DNA of 64,000 bases from the human T2T-CHM13v2.0 reference genome, Homo sapiens, in NCBI RefSeq assembly GCF_009914755.1, contig NC_060939.1; one strand, given 5' to 3'. Positions within the stretch are counted from its first letter, which is position 1. The number at the start of each line of letters is the position of its first letter. This document shows, piece after piece, positions 10,827 to 23,010 of the stretch. The notes under the pieces are model-generated. The model saw only the letters and a list, made by a program, of their open reading frames with translations. It had not been told where the DNA came from and ran no database searches. The position numbers and the translations under genes are program-made.

Positions 10827-12789
10827 CAAATTCAGCTATCCTAAACCATAGGTTTATCAGATACCACTTCCTCCTCTTTTTAAATTCTTCAGACCTGCCC
10901 CAGTCTGGGGAAATTACTGGGCAAATTACTAGATCAGAGCTATTTTGAAAGCTAATTTGGGGTAAACTCACCGTTCCTTATCTTTGCAGGGTTTAAATAT
11001 GAGCCGCTCTCTGGTTCTAATCCCTCATAAAGTAGAAATTGACTTTTACACATGCAGGGCCTATTTGAAGGGGGGAGGTCTCTTAACACTGGTTCACCAC
11101 GGGTCACTGGAAACTTCTCCCCCTTATTCCACCCTAATCCCGTTTTCACTCACTACCAAGACACTGAAGCCGCTGATGATTAAAGCAATCTCAAAAGTCT
11201 TGCTTAGCTAGGGTTCAATGGCAGGGAAATCATTTTCCTCAAAAAAAGACGTTCTGTAGCCAGGTTTTTGAAGATTTCCTATGAAGAGTCAATCTCTCAA
11301 TACTGTATTACCCAGTTAGTTAAAAGGGAACCCCAAACTGAACTTTCTCTCCCAGAGCGCACTCTCAGGCCTGCCTTGCCTATGGGGATAATCTTTAAAA
11401 AGGTAATCAAACCATTCCTTTTCTTCATTCACAGATCCTCTTTACTTGTAGGCAGACATTCTGCTAAAATCGGAAAGTTTTCCAAATAATCAAAAACAAA
11501 CATATAACTCTTCCACTTTTTATCCTTCACTCTGGTGTAAAAAGCAAACAAACAAAAAGGGCCTTTGAGTTCGAGGGGAGGGATATCTGGGCCACTGTTC
11601 ACCCATGAAAGCTTCCTACATCCTGTTAGTAATGAAGATGGCAAATCATGGCACTTGCCTGAAACTTTCAGGTTCCATTCTTGCATTGAGCCTCAAGGTG
11701 CTAGAGTGTGAGGGGCAGTGAGAACATGCCAGGTTCAGGACCTGACCTGGGACAGAAGCACTGAGTTCTCAGTATTGTCATTTTCCTCTTGCTTCATACC
11801 AGGAAGTAGTTTTGCAACTCACACTGAGTTAGATTCGAGATTTAAACGGTTGTCGAAGGTTGGTCCAGCCCTGAGTCACAATTTATAACACCCTGGCTTT
11901 TAGAAGATTTGCCTCATATTCCCAACAACTGAGTTACAGACCATCTTAGACTACAACCTGTTTGTAGGCCAAAAAGTGCTTGTACATACAGGAAGAGTTT
12001 CCCATTACTAAGAGTACTGAATGGGTTTTTTAAATCTCTATTTGACAGAGGAGCAGACAGATTGGGGATAGGGCCCTTGACCTCAGATAATTACTTCAGT
12101 CGTCCCTCTTCAGCAAATTTAATTCTCGCGCAAAGAGTAATTAACAACCTCTGACTATTCTATGAGAATTTCCTTTCCTTTTCTTATCTTAAGGACCCTC
12201 ATAGGAATATTGAAGAATATGTTTAATGGTAGTTTTTAGTTTCACTGCATTTAAACATTTTGCCTTCTGCTCACTTCTTCCATAGTCTACTGGAACACAT
12301 TTAACAGAGTCTTGGGCTGTGTTCTGACTCCAGCACATGAAATTGGAAAATCCAGTCATCAATTTACTGCCCTTCCTACTCTCCACCTTGACCCCAAGCA
12401 AAGCTATTCACTAGACAACTCTTCGTCAATGGAAAATTCCTTAAGTTTGCTTAATGAGGAGAGAATGTCAGAAGAAAGAAAAAATTTTAATAGTAAAAAA
12501 TGCCATTCTCTCCTTTTGACTGCCTGACAACTTTGTCTCTACAAGTGTCTCATTCAGGGTTACAAATCAAAATTACATGTCAGGATACAAGCCACAGTAT
12601 TGGAACAGGAAGAATGAGCACACAGACCACTAGCTTTTCAAAGGCGACTGAGGTCTCTGCAAGGCTCATGTCCTAAATGGAGAGACATCTTATTCAAACA
12701 TCTCTAAGGGAGAGGGTTGAATCAGATCACTTCTGAGGCTGTTTTTAACCCTAGAAAGACAAAAAGGGACTCCAAGGGCTAAAAAGCCA

Positions 12790-13440
12790 TCAAGAGCTCA
12801 GGCTCTGGAGTCTGACGGGAAGGGGCTGAATACTAGGTCTGGCCTGTGCTGATTGTGAACTCTTAGTAGTCACCTGACTCCTCTAAACTCTACTAACCTC
12901 ATGCATAAACTCAGCATAACAATGGTTGATATTACTGGACACATTTGTCAGCCCCTGCAGGTCCACCCTTTACTTTCCCCCTCCTGGTTTGTGCCCCTGA
13001 AGGCTGGTACGGATGGTTTTAGAATGGCCCTTGTTTCCTCTTGGGCTTGCCTAGAGTGGGCAGAGCGAGGTCTGGGTGCTGATTCCCAGGGTCCCTGAGG
13101 GCTGGCTGCATTCCAGCCACAGCTCAAGCAGTCTTCTTCCCAGAGTTCCATTTCTGGATTTAGGTAACAATGTCCTTCTCCAGTACTAGCCTTGGGGCAG
13201 TGTACTGTCCCTCGTGGTTTCCTAACACCCTGCTCACACCTTTTTAATAAAGTTCCTTTATTAAGCTCTCCTCAAATTACCCAATTTGATGTGTACCATC
13301 TGTTTCCTGCTGGACCTTGACTGATACACCTTATAAACGTGTTTAGAGGATTAAAATTAAATGAGATAATGCATGTAAAGCACATAGTGCAGTTCTTTGC
13401 ATATAGTAAAAGCTTAATAAATAGAGCTTTTATTTATTTT
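12790..13440 (+). mobile_element. MIR split by an LTR33 insertion
   Basis: MIR 5' part (ggctctggagtc...) ~12790-12920; MIR 3' part (gaggattaaa...gagataatgcatgtaaagcac...aataaat) 13329-13440. Confidence 0.7.
12930..13328 (+). mobile_element. ERVL solo LTR (LTR33-like)
   Basis: 3' end cctttattaagctctcctcaaattacccaatttg...catctgtttcctgctggaccttgactgataca resembles the LTR33 terminus; 5' boundary approximate. Confidence 0.75.
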
Positions 13441-14109
13441 TACAATTATCATTTTGTGCAACCCTTTCATTTTATATAGGAGGAAATGGAAACTCAGAAC
13501 TGTTAGGAGAAGCATTCAAAGTCTAATTAACTGAAGGTAGTAACAATCCTGGGACCAAATCCCTGAACTGCCTGCTTGAAGTTCATTGTTCTTCCCTCTG
13601 CATCTTGTTGAGCAAAACAGATGAGAAAGGAGGGAACTCTTATTTTCATAGATGTTGGAAAAAGGGTTAGACGAGCTAGAGGCAGAGGTGTAGGAGGTAA
13701 TAAGCATTTTCCATGTATCATTGGGCTTGTCCCTGCTAAATTACTGCTGAAATAAAGGAATGCCATTGCAATTTAGAATCCAGTGATTTCAATAACAATA
13801 AAATGGGTATGTAACAGGGGGCGCAATGTATGCTTGACAGGTTAAAAACAAATTTATGAACATATAATTTGAAGTTTTATCAGGAGGCATAATAATGTTT
13901 TAAGACTATATAGGGTACACTGAAATTAATTTTTAAATAAAGGCTGATTTTTGGATTAGCAGTGTAGAAGTATGAGCTTTATAATTCTTTAAAATATAAT
14001 ACTCTGCTGTGAACTCATATAGAACCAGAACACTGAATCCTGAGCCAGAGATGTTCTGTAATGTAATAGCATTAATAACTGGATAGAAAATATTCAATCA
14101 CTAATTCCT

Positions 14110-14380
14110 ACATCCATTCAGTCGTTCAAATAGATATTCATTAAGCTTGCAATATTCTCTAGGTGCTTTTATGAGTGTTGACATATAAAGATTAATTAAA
14201 TATATTCTCAGCTTCAATGGGTTTTTAGAGGAAAACAGAGGCAGGCGTATAAAAAGATTTTGGTATGAACAAAAGTAGAAATATACCTAGGCTACTATGG
14301 GAGACTTAAAGAGATTGAGTGGGGTACGGGGAATTGAGAGTAGAAGAGGCTTTCTTAGGTCAGAACTAAGTCTTTGCAAG
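14110..14380 (-). mobile_element. L2 3'-end fragment
   Basis: catccattcagtcgttcaaatagatattcattaagc...ctaggtgct is typical of the L2 terminus in antisense. Confidence 0.6.
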
Positions 14381-15130
14381 AGTCATGTGTTTCATTTCAA
14401 TTACATTTTAGCCTTCTATATTCTTCCAAATTATCAATGATACTAATGAATTAAGATTTAGCTTTTATTAGTATATACATTAGTAATAAAACCAAAAAAG
14501 CACATACAATATTGCATTACTTTTTACTGTAGGAGGTTGGCTGAGGTATATGTGGAAACAGAAACATTTAAATAAATTTTCCCTTGGTGACTAGAGTGTA
14601 TGATAAGAAAAGTAGAATAAACTTCAAAGGTGATATTATACAGAGACTCACTTGAAAAATGCCATCTTCAGAGATTTCATTCATGTACTTTACCAATTGT
14701 GTCTTATTTGTATAATGAATTGGACCAGGCTTATTTGAGATATAGATATACAGTTTGAAAACTAAGTCGGAACGTATTTGTGAAGAAGAAACATGAAGTA
14801 GGGCCATTTGTTTTAGGACCTAGGATGCATTCATATACAATTGAACATACTAATAAATAGAACACAATTTAAGCAGGTTATTTGTTTTTACACAGTCTTT
14901 ACAAAATTGGTTATTTCTCTCTCAACGTTAATTGATGCCTAAGTATAATTTACTTTACCATGGTAATGCTGCTAAATATTTGTGAATCTTTGTTGAAGTT
15001 CAAACTACAAAATTACATTATCTTGGCTAATTCTCATTCAGGTTGCTCTTGTCCACTTACCCTGATCATCCCCACTTGGTCCACTGTTTTCTTGTCCACC
15101 TCATATCCCCAAATCCATTCCCACTCACAT

Positions 15131-15175
15131 TGTGTGTGTGTGTGCACGTGTGTGTGTGTATGCACACGTATATGT
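15131..15175. repeat. Imperfect (TG)n
   Basis: Seen directly. Confidence 0.85.
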
Positions 15176-15498
15176 CCGTTTTAGCCACCCACATCTATGG
15201 CTACAATGTGGAACTGAAAATTACTTTCAACAGCTCAAATGTAGAGATTCAGTTTTTTTAAACCCACTATATTACCCTCTGTTAAATACAAAGGATTCTT
15301 TCTTCCTTGTGGCCCTTATTGTGTTTTCTGGTTTCTTGATTATTTTCTGCCAATTCATTAGTCATATCCTGATTTTCTTGATCTTCAACCCACTTTAATA
15401 AATGTATTAAACTGTAAACTAATACAATTAATACATGTATCTTTTAATTTGCTTTCCTGTTTTCAAAGTAGTACATATTTACTAAAGACAATGTAGCA

Positions 15499-15793
15499 GG
15501 CCGGGCACAGTGGCTCACGCCTGTAATCCCAGCACTTTAGGAGGCCAAGGCAGGCAGATCACAATGTCAGGAGATCGAGACCATCCTGGCTAACACGGTG
15601 AAACCCTGTCTCTACTAAAAATACAAAAATTAGCTGGGTGTGGTGGCGGGCGCCTGTAGTCCCAGCTTCTCAGGAGGCTAAGGTAAGGCAGGAGAATGGC
15701 GTGAACCCGGGAGGCAGAGGTCGCAGTGAGCTGAGATCGCGCCACTGCACTACAGACTGGGCAACAGAGTGAGACTCCATCTCAAAAAAAAAA
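15499..15793 (+). mobile_element. AluY-like element
   Basis: Diagnostic gatcgagaccatcctggctaacacgg and ggagaatggcgtgaacc; TSD aaagacaatgtagca at 15484-15498 and 15791-15805. Confidence 0.95.
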
Positions 15794-16230
15794 GACAATG
15801 TAGCAATGCAGAAAAGATAAAAGGAAAGAAATGACCAATGAGCAAAGTATCCAAACGCAATTGCTGCCAAAATTTTAGTGTATTTTGTGTATTTTTTTAA
15901 TGCATAATTTCTTACATGTAGTTGTAATTGCACTTTGCATACAATTTGCTCAAGTATTCAAATTCCTTATGACTCTATTTAAATAGATGTCATCAATGAA
16001 GTAAAATGGTTTACTTTTTCATTCCACTGTTACTGGGTACTAAGTTTATTTATACATAGTTTTCATTTTTATATGTAATTCTGTAATGAGCATCTTTGGG
16101 TATGAAAGTTTTTCAGAATTCAGGATGATTTCTTAGAATGGATCCCTGAAAATAGACCAGAGGATATGAACATATTTAAGTGTGCATCCCAAGGCCTCTC
16201 TCACTTTTGAACTTTCTGTCATGACAAAAA

Positions 16231-16406
16231 TTCCTTCCTTTTCATTTTTTGGCTTTCTTCCCCTAGGGTAACCATAATTCTGAATTTTTGGTTAATAGTT
16301 TTGCTATGTGTGCATTCCTGAACCATATATATTTAATATAAATTATATGTGATACAATGTTATTGTATATATTATTAATATATTAACCTCTCTCTATATA
16401 TACACA
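16231..16406 (+). repeat. Dispersed ~170-bp copy of 16985-17152, flanked by a 10-bp direct repeat
   Basis: Both copies begin ttccttccttttcattttttggctttc and share attgtatatattattaatatattaacct; GTCATGACAA at 16218-16227 and 16407-16416. Confidence 0.9.
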
Positions 16407-18339
16407 GTCATGACAATCTCCATATTAATCCCCAGTCATTTTTGGTTCCTCTTGAATAGTCCATTTTTGAGGGAAGAAGTCCTCAGAATGTGCAGTTCAC
16501 ATCTATGCTCTAAATTCAGTTGTCCTCCTGAAACAATCCATTTTCTGTGGAGACTCATTTCTTTGACAATAACTCATTCTCTTTTCCCCTGCTCTCCCAC
16601 TGTCCCTCTCTCTATCCATACTTTTCCTTTCCTTTCCTCCTTTCTTCCTTTCTCTATGACACACTCAGTAGCCCCTAACTACTCTCATTCCTCTTGTTCT
16701 CAGATGACTTCACTTCTTGCTCTACTGAAACCAAGGATTTCTGATTTGAGTTTTTTCTAATATTCTCTTATTTCCATCTGTTATTTCCCATCCTTTTAGT
16801 CGTAACATTACTCTGATTAAAAAATGATCACTTATTATTTTCTTACTTTTATTTTTAGTAAAACATGTGTTATATTCAAAAGCATACATATAACTACTTA
16901 AATGTTACAATGTTTAATAATAAAAGAAACATTTATAAACTAGCCACCAAATTTAAGCAGGGAAACATTGCCTGTACTCATGTGTTCCTTCCTTTTCATT
17001 TTTTGGCTTTCCTCCTAGGGTAACTACCATCCTGAATTTTTTGTTAATAGTTTTTCTATGTGTGCATTCCTGAACTATATGTACTTAATATAAATTATGT
17101 GCAATAAAATGATATTGTATATATTATTAATATATTAACCTTTCTGTATACATCTATATTTGTATTGTATGTATACATATTCCTAAACAATATATTGTTT
17201 CATCTTGCTTTTTTTTTTGTAAAAATAGTATCACACTCAAGTTACTTTTTCTGGGTTCCTTTTTTCTTTCAATGTTGCATTTTTAAGATTCTTTTTTGTG
17301 TGTATAGTGATAGTTCATTCTTTTTCTTTTAAATGTCTGCTTGATTTTCCATCCTGTAATTATAATACAATTTATTTGTCATTACCTCCTGGGTTGTTGT
17401 CATTTTTTGTTGTTACTAAAAAGAGTTCTGCAATAAGCATTCTGGTATGTATCTCTTGATGCTCCTGTACAAAGATTTTTCTAGATTTAGAGTATCAATA
17501 TAAGAGTACATTTTCCAATGTTTTGGTATTCAAATGCTCAACTTTCCAAGATAATGTGAATTATTTTCCAGAGCGATTGCACTGACTTACACTCTTGCTA
17601 GTAGTACAGAAGACATCTTGTTGATCTACAACCCTTTCTCCTAACACTTGGTAATGTTTGACTTCTTTTTCTTTTTGCCAAGCTAATCTGGTGAGTGTAA
17701 AAAGGTATCTCACTGTGGCTTTGAATGTGCATTTTCTAAATCACTAATAAGGCTGAACATCTAATATGCTTTTTCTTTATTTATATTTCCTCTTTTGTGA
17801 AATACCTGTTTATTATGTATTTCTCCCATTTTTATATTGAGTTTTTTAATTATTAATTTTATAAATTCCATATTGCAAACATCTTATTCCAATTTGTGGC
17901 TTTTAATTTTATTTGACATGTGTTTTGATACACGGGAGTTTTAAATTTTACTGTAATTTAATTTATCAATATTTTCTTTTATGACATGCTTTTTGTGTCT
18001 TGTATAAAAAATATTTTGCATTCTGAACTTAAAAAAATGTTCTATAAAATTTATTAACAAATTTGATTGTCTTTTCTTTTTATACTTAATTCTTTAACAA
18101 CAGGGAATTGAATTTTGTGTGTAGAAGTGAGGTAAGAATCCCTTTCATTTTCACTGTATGGATAACCAGTGTACCAACTCCACCAACTCCATTGCTTTCC
18201 AAGTATCTTCAGCCTGCCTGTCTCATATATCAATTTATCTACAAATTCTTTGGGCCTTCAATGTAGATACTAGATAATAATATAGTCTACAGAAAATGAC
18301 AGTTTTATTTCTTCCTTTCCAATCCTATTACTTTCTTTC

Positions 18340-18682
18340 TTTTTTGCTTTTTTTTTTTTAGTTTATTTTTGTTTATTTTTGTTTGTTTGTTTTTGTTTTG
18401 AGACAGGCTATTGCTCTGTCACTGAGACTGGAGTGCAGTGGCACAATTTCTGCTTACTTGAGTCTCGACCTCTTGGGCTCAAGTAATCCTCCCACCTCAT
18501 CCTCCTGAGTAACTGGGACTACAGGTGCATGCCACCATGCCCAACTAATTTTGTTTATTTTTGGTAGAGCTGAGGTTTCACCATGTTGTCCAGGCTGGTC
18601 TGGAACTCCTGAGCTCAAGCGATCCACCCGCCCTGGCCTCCCAAAGTGCTGAGATTACAGGTTTGATCCACTGTGCCCAACC
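18340..18682 (-). mobile_element. AluJ
   Basis: gagacagg...ctcgacctcttgggctcaagtaatcctccc...gagctcaagcgatcc (J-type features), T-rich tail. Confidence 0.9.
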
Positions 18683-19235
18683 CTCCTTTTCGTTTCTCCT
18701 TTCTTTCTTCCTTCCCCAACCCCCCTTTTTTCTTTCTTTCTTTTTTTTTGAGAGAGGGGTGTGGTCTTATTGCCCTATCTGGGACCAGATCTCCAGGACA
18801 ATGTCAAACCAAAGCATTTCTAAATAGCGGACATCCTTATCTTATTATTAATTTGAAATTCTTGTTTATAGCCTTTCTCCATTAAGAAAGTTATTTACTG
18901 CAGTTAATTGATAATAAACTTTATCAGATGAAGGAAGCTGTTTTCCTCCATGCCTAGTTCACCAAGAATTTAAAAAATTTAGTGTTAAGTTTTGTTAAAT
19001 GATTTTTCTATATGTAATAAATATTTTTTCTCCTTTACTCTGTTACTGTTATTTTATTTATAAACTTTCTAATATTAAACTATTCTTATGGTTTTGGTTA
19101 TATTGAAGTGTATAATACTACACAGCCAGGTTTAGGTTAATAATATTTGCTTAAGATTTTTAAATTTCTATTGATGTGAGATAACGAACAATCATTTTTC
19201 TTTTTTCTTTAAATTTTAAAAAATCTTCTTTGCCT

Positions 19236-19608
<373 letters not shown>

Positions 19609-19786
19609 CTATTCTCTAGATAACTTAATATGTGATTGAAATTATGTTTCTTAAAAATTATGTAAAGTTAACTTTTTTAAAATAATATTGGCCTTCTTTT
19701 ACAAAAAACGATTCTTAACTACAGATTCAATTTATTTAATTGAATAAAACTAATAAAATAATCACTAGAAATTATTTTATTAGTTT

Positions 19787-19873
19787 TGGTCTCAGACTCC
19801 TGAGCTCAAGTGATCCACCCACCTCGGCTTCCCAAAGTGCTGGGATTACAGGCGTGAGCCACCACACCCAGAC
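19787..19873 (-). mobile_element. Alu left-arm fragment
   Basis: ggtctcagactcctgagctcaagtgatcc...gtgagccaccacacccag. Confidence 0.9.
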
Positions 19874-20304
19874 AGTGTCATTGAAGTTTTTAAACTTATT
19901 GCATACTGGTAGGCAATAAATTTAAATTAGATTCTGCTGTGCTTTTTTTTTCCCCCCACACTTCCTAAGTTGAATCCTTAGGTGGCCCTAACGAATACTA
20001 GAAGAAGAGCGAAGATGTCATGGAAAGGATACTTGGATACAATCTCATTTGTCCCTTTCCTGTTGGTCAATAATCCCAGGGACTCTAGATGTTTTTTTCA
20101 CTTATGATTGGTTTGCAGCTAATTTTGAAATATTTCTGAAAATGAAGTCTAATGAAATCTCTTTAAGGATCCTATTTCGACTGTGAATTAAACAAAAACT
20201 TTTAAGTTAGAGATACCCATCCACTGTGGGGAAGTCAGAATTTTTATTTTGAATCAGTTGATTTCTAAATACCAGTTATTATTGTTTTTTACTCTGTGTT
20301 TCTG

Positions 20305-20439
20305 TGTGTGTGAGAGACTATTGTGTGTGAGAGACTATGATTTATGAAATTCACATATATGAGTAAGATTGACAGAGTATGGATTCATGAAAAGTATGTG
20401 TTTTAACAGAGTATGGATTCATGAAAAGTATGTGTTTTA
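20305..20439. repeat. Two adjacent perfect tandem duplications (17 bp x2 at 20305-20338; 34 bp x2 at 20372-20439)
   Basis: tgtgtgtgagagactat x2; acagagtatggattcatgaaaagtatgtgtttta x2. Confidence 0.95.
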
Positions 20440-20984
20440 TGGCATTTGAAATATATGGGCTTTTTGGTACTGGTAGTAGCATTTGGTAGTTCTAGATTTT
20501 TGAAAATCTTCTGTAAAAAATCCATAGATTTATAGTTAGCCACGGTGTCTCCATTGTTGGTTTCAAGTATTGATATTTGCTGGACTGCAGGATGGATAGA
20601 GGAGCTCCTCCTTCAGTGGGCTATGAATGTCCTCCATGTAACAAGTGCAAGACCACAGTCACAATGGCCCTCAACACCAGTTGATCAAGTCTCAGTTTAG
20701 GAGGACCAATAAGAAAACCACATATTTTTGCTACTTTTATTCCAGTTTTCAGCAACACCGAAAAGGACATATTTTAACATGCTGTAAAGAAATCTTCAGC
20801 AAAATAGGTAGTGACTTGACCTTCTATATCTTAAAATACATAGTTTTAAAAAATAACCATAAAGCTGAGATATGATAAAGTTAGATTCTCATGAAAATAA
20901 GTTAAGCAACAAAGGGTCACCCCACAGGTTAAATTTAGTAATTTATTTACCCATACATCTTTTAAGAGCCACTTTTCCTGAGAG

Positions 20985-21125
20985 GCATGGTGGTGTAGTA
21001 GCAGTGATGCTGGCTAGGGAATCAGATGACTTGCTTCCAAGCAGCGTGACCCTAGGCATGTCTCTGGCATTATCTGTGGCTGGTTCTTTAGATAATATCT
21101 AAAGATGTCTCCAGATCTGTGGTTC
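20985..21125 (+). mobile_element. MIR-family fragment
   Basis: gcatggtggtgtagtagcag...ggctagggaatcagatgac...gtgaccctaggc. Confidence 0.55.
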
Positions 21126-21717
21126 CATATATTTTAGAGCAATACACAATTACCTGGCTTCTTTTCTCACTGCTTATTCAAAGGAACACTAGAACTATAA
21201 TCATGGGAGCTCCTGATAAGATTTAAATCATGGATAGCTGGAGGCAGATGGGATGGGAAGGGGGTAGAGAAAGACCAAACTGATCTGGGACCATGAAAAG
21301 TGCATTGTTAGATTTTTAGCTGAGAATTGCTTCTTTTGATCATATAACCTATTATTCAGGTTCCTAAGAGATAAAGCAAACTAGATCTGTCCTTATATAG
21401 ATAAAAAAAAGAAGCGTAAAGACACCAGCTTATTTTTAGGTTATGTATATCAAATTAAACTGGTCAGCTAGAAATAGGAACAAAAGAATCGTAAACCAAA
21501 TCATAAAATAAGTTTTACTTAGATTCATGCCATTGGATTAGATGCATGTGTTGCCATTCTACTTTAGGTTGTGATTTTCCAGGACGTGAAGAATGTAAAA
21601 TTCAGAGTACATTTTGAGCGCTAAAATTCTGTAAACTGCGGATCTGAAATGAGGTTACAAAAGCAAGACAGGGGTGCCCTTGCTTTGAATTCTATTTCTA
21701 CAAAAGCAAAAAGAGAT

Positions 21718-22088
<371 letters not shown>

Positions 22089-22221
22089 CTATTTTCAGAA
22101 AGACAGACACATTGTGGAGATGTGGCTGGGCTACTGACTTAGAAAAGGCAGGAGGAGTTACAACATGTTTATATGCTCCTGTAAACTCCGGCACTGGACT
22201 GCTCTTTAGCCTGCCTCCCTG

Positions 22222-22620
22222 AATCAGTTAGAATGTTTTTGGCTGCAAGTAACAGAAAACCCAATTCTAAGTGGCTTAAGCAATAAGGGAATAAAGTTAT
22301 GCCATTGGCAAGAGGTGGGGCAAGCTCCATCTCTCATTCCCTTCAATTTTCTTGGCTCTGCCATCTTATGTGTATCAGCTTTATCCTCAGGCTGGCAGCC
22401 AGATGGCTGCAGCAGCTCTGAGCCTCTTATCTTCCCACAACCACACTGAGAGGAAGAGTGCCTGTTTCTCTTTCTCTGGATGCTGTTGTGGGAAGATGTG
22501 TGAAAAAAAAATTGAGAAGACCCCAGCAAACTTTCCCTCATACCTCATTTGAATGACTTTTTGGAAGGCTTAACCATGGATCCTGAGCCAATCATTGATT
22601 AGACCTAGCCCTAGAGTTGG
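22222..22620 (-). mobile_element. MaLR LTR (MLT1J-like); distal boundary approximate
   Basis: atcagttagaatgtttttggctgcaagtaacagaaaacccaattctaagtggcttaagc is a typical MLT1 antisense terminus. Confidence 0.7.
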
Positions 22621-22769
22621 GAACAAATGCTTTAACTGTTATGCTGATATACAGTGGAGGAAATACGGAATAGATTTTGAGAAGACAAAGTTTGCTTACT
22701 TTAAAGTATAATTGATGAGAAACTAGGTACAACTCTGGCAAAAATTGGGCTATGGAAATAGCAGCTCCA

Positions 22770-23010
22770 TATTGAGTATTGTCTAACTGCCAGCTAGTAT
22801 GCTGAGCATTGCATTTGAATAATCTCATTTAATTCTCATAACAATATGAAGTAGGCACAATCATTATTAGTGGGACATCCCTGTTTCCTAGATGAGGAAA
22901 TTAAGGTTCTTAGGGATTCAGGAAATTTACTATGGTTTACAAAGCAAGTTAGTAGTAGGATTAAGGAACATAATGCTAAAACCCTTGTTCCTAAGAGTTT
23001 TCTATCTCCC
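22770..23010 (-). mobile_element. MIR
   Basis: attgagtatt...atctcatttaattctcataacaa...gatgaggaaattaagg core. Confidence 0.8.

Noticed and set aside
13811-13825. CTCF-like CAGGGGGCGC
   Set aside because: The 5' half (CCAC) is missing; too weak on sequence alone
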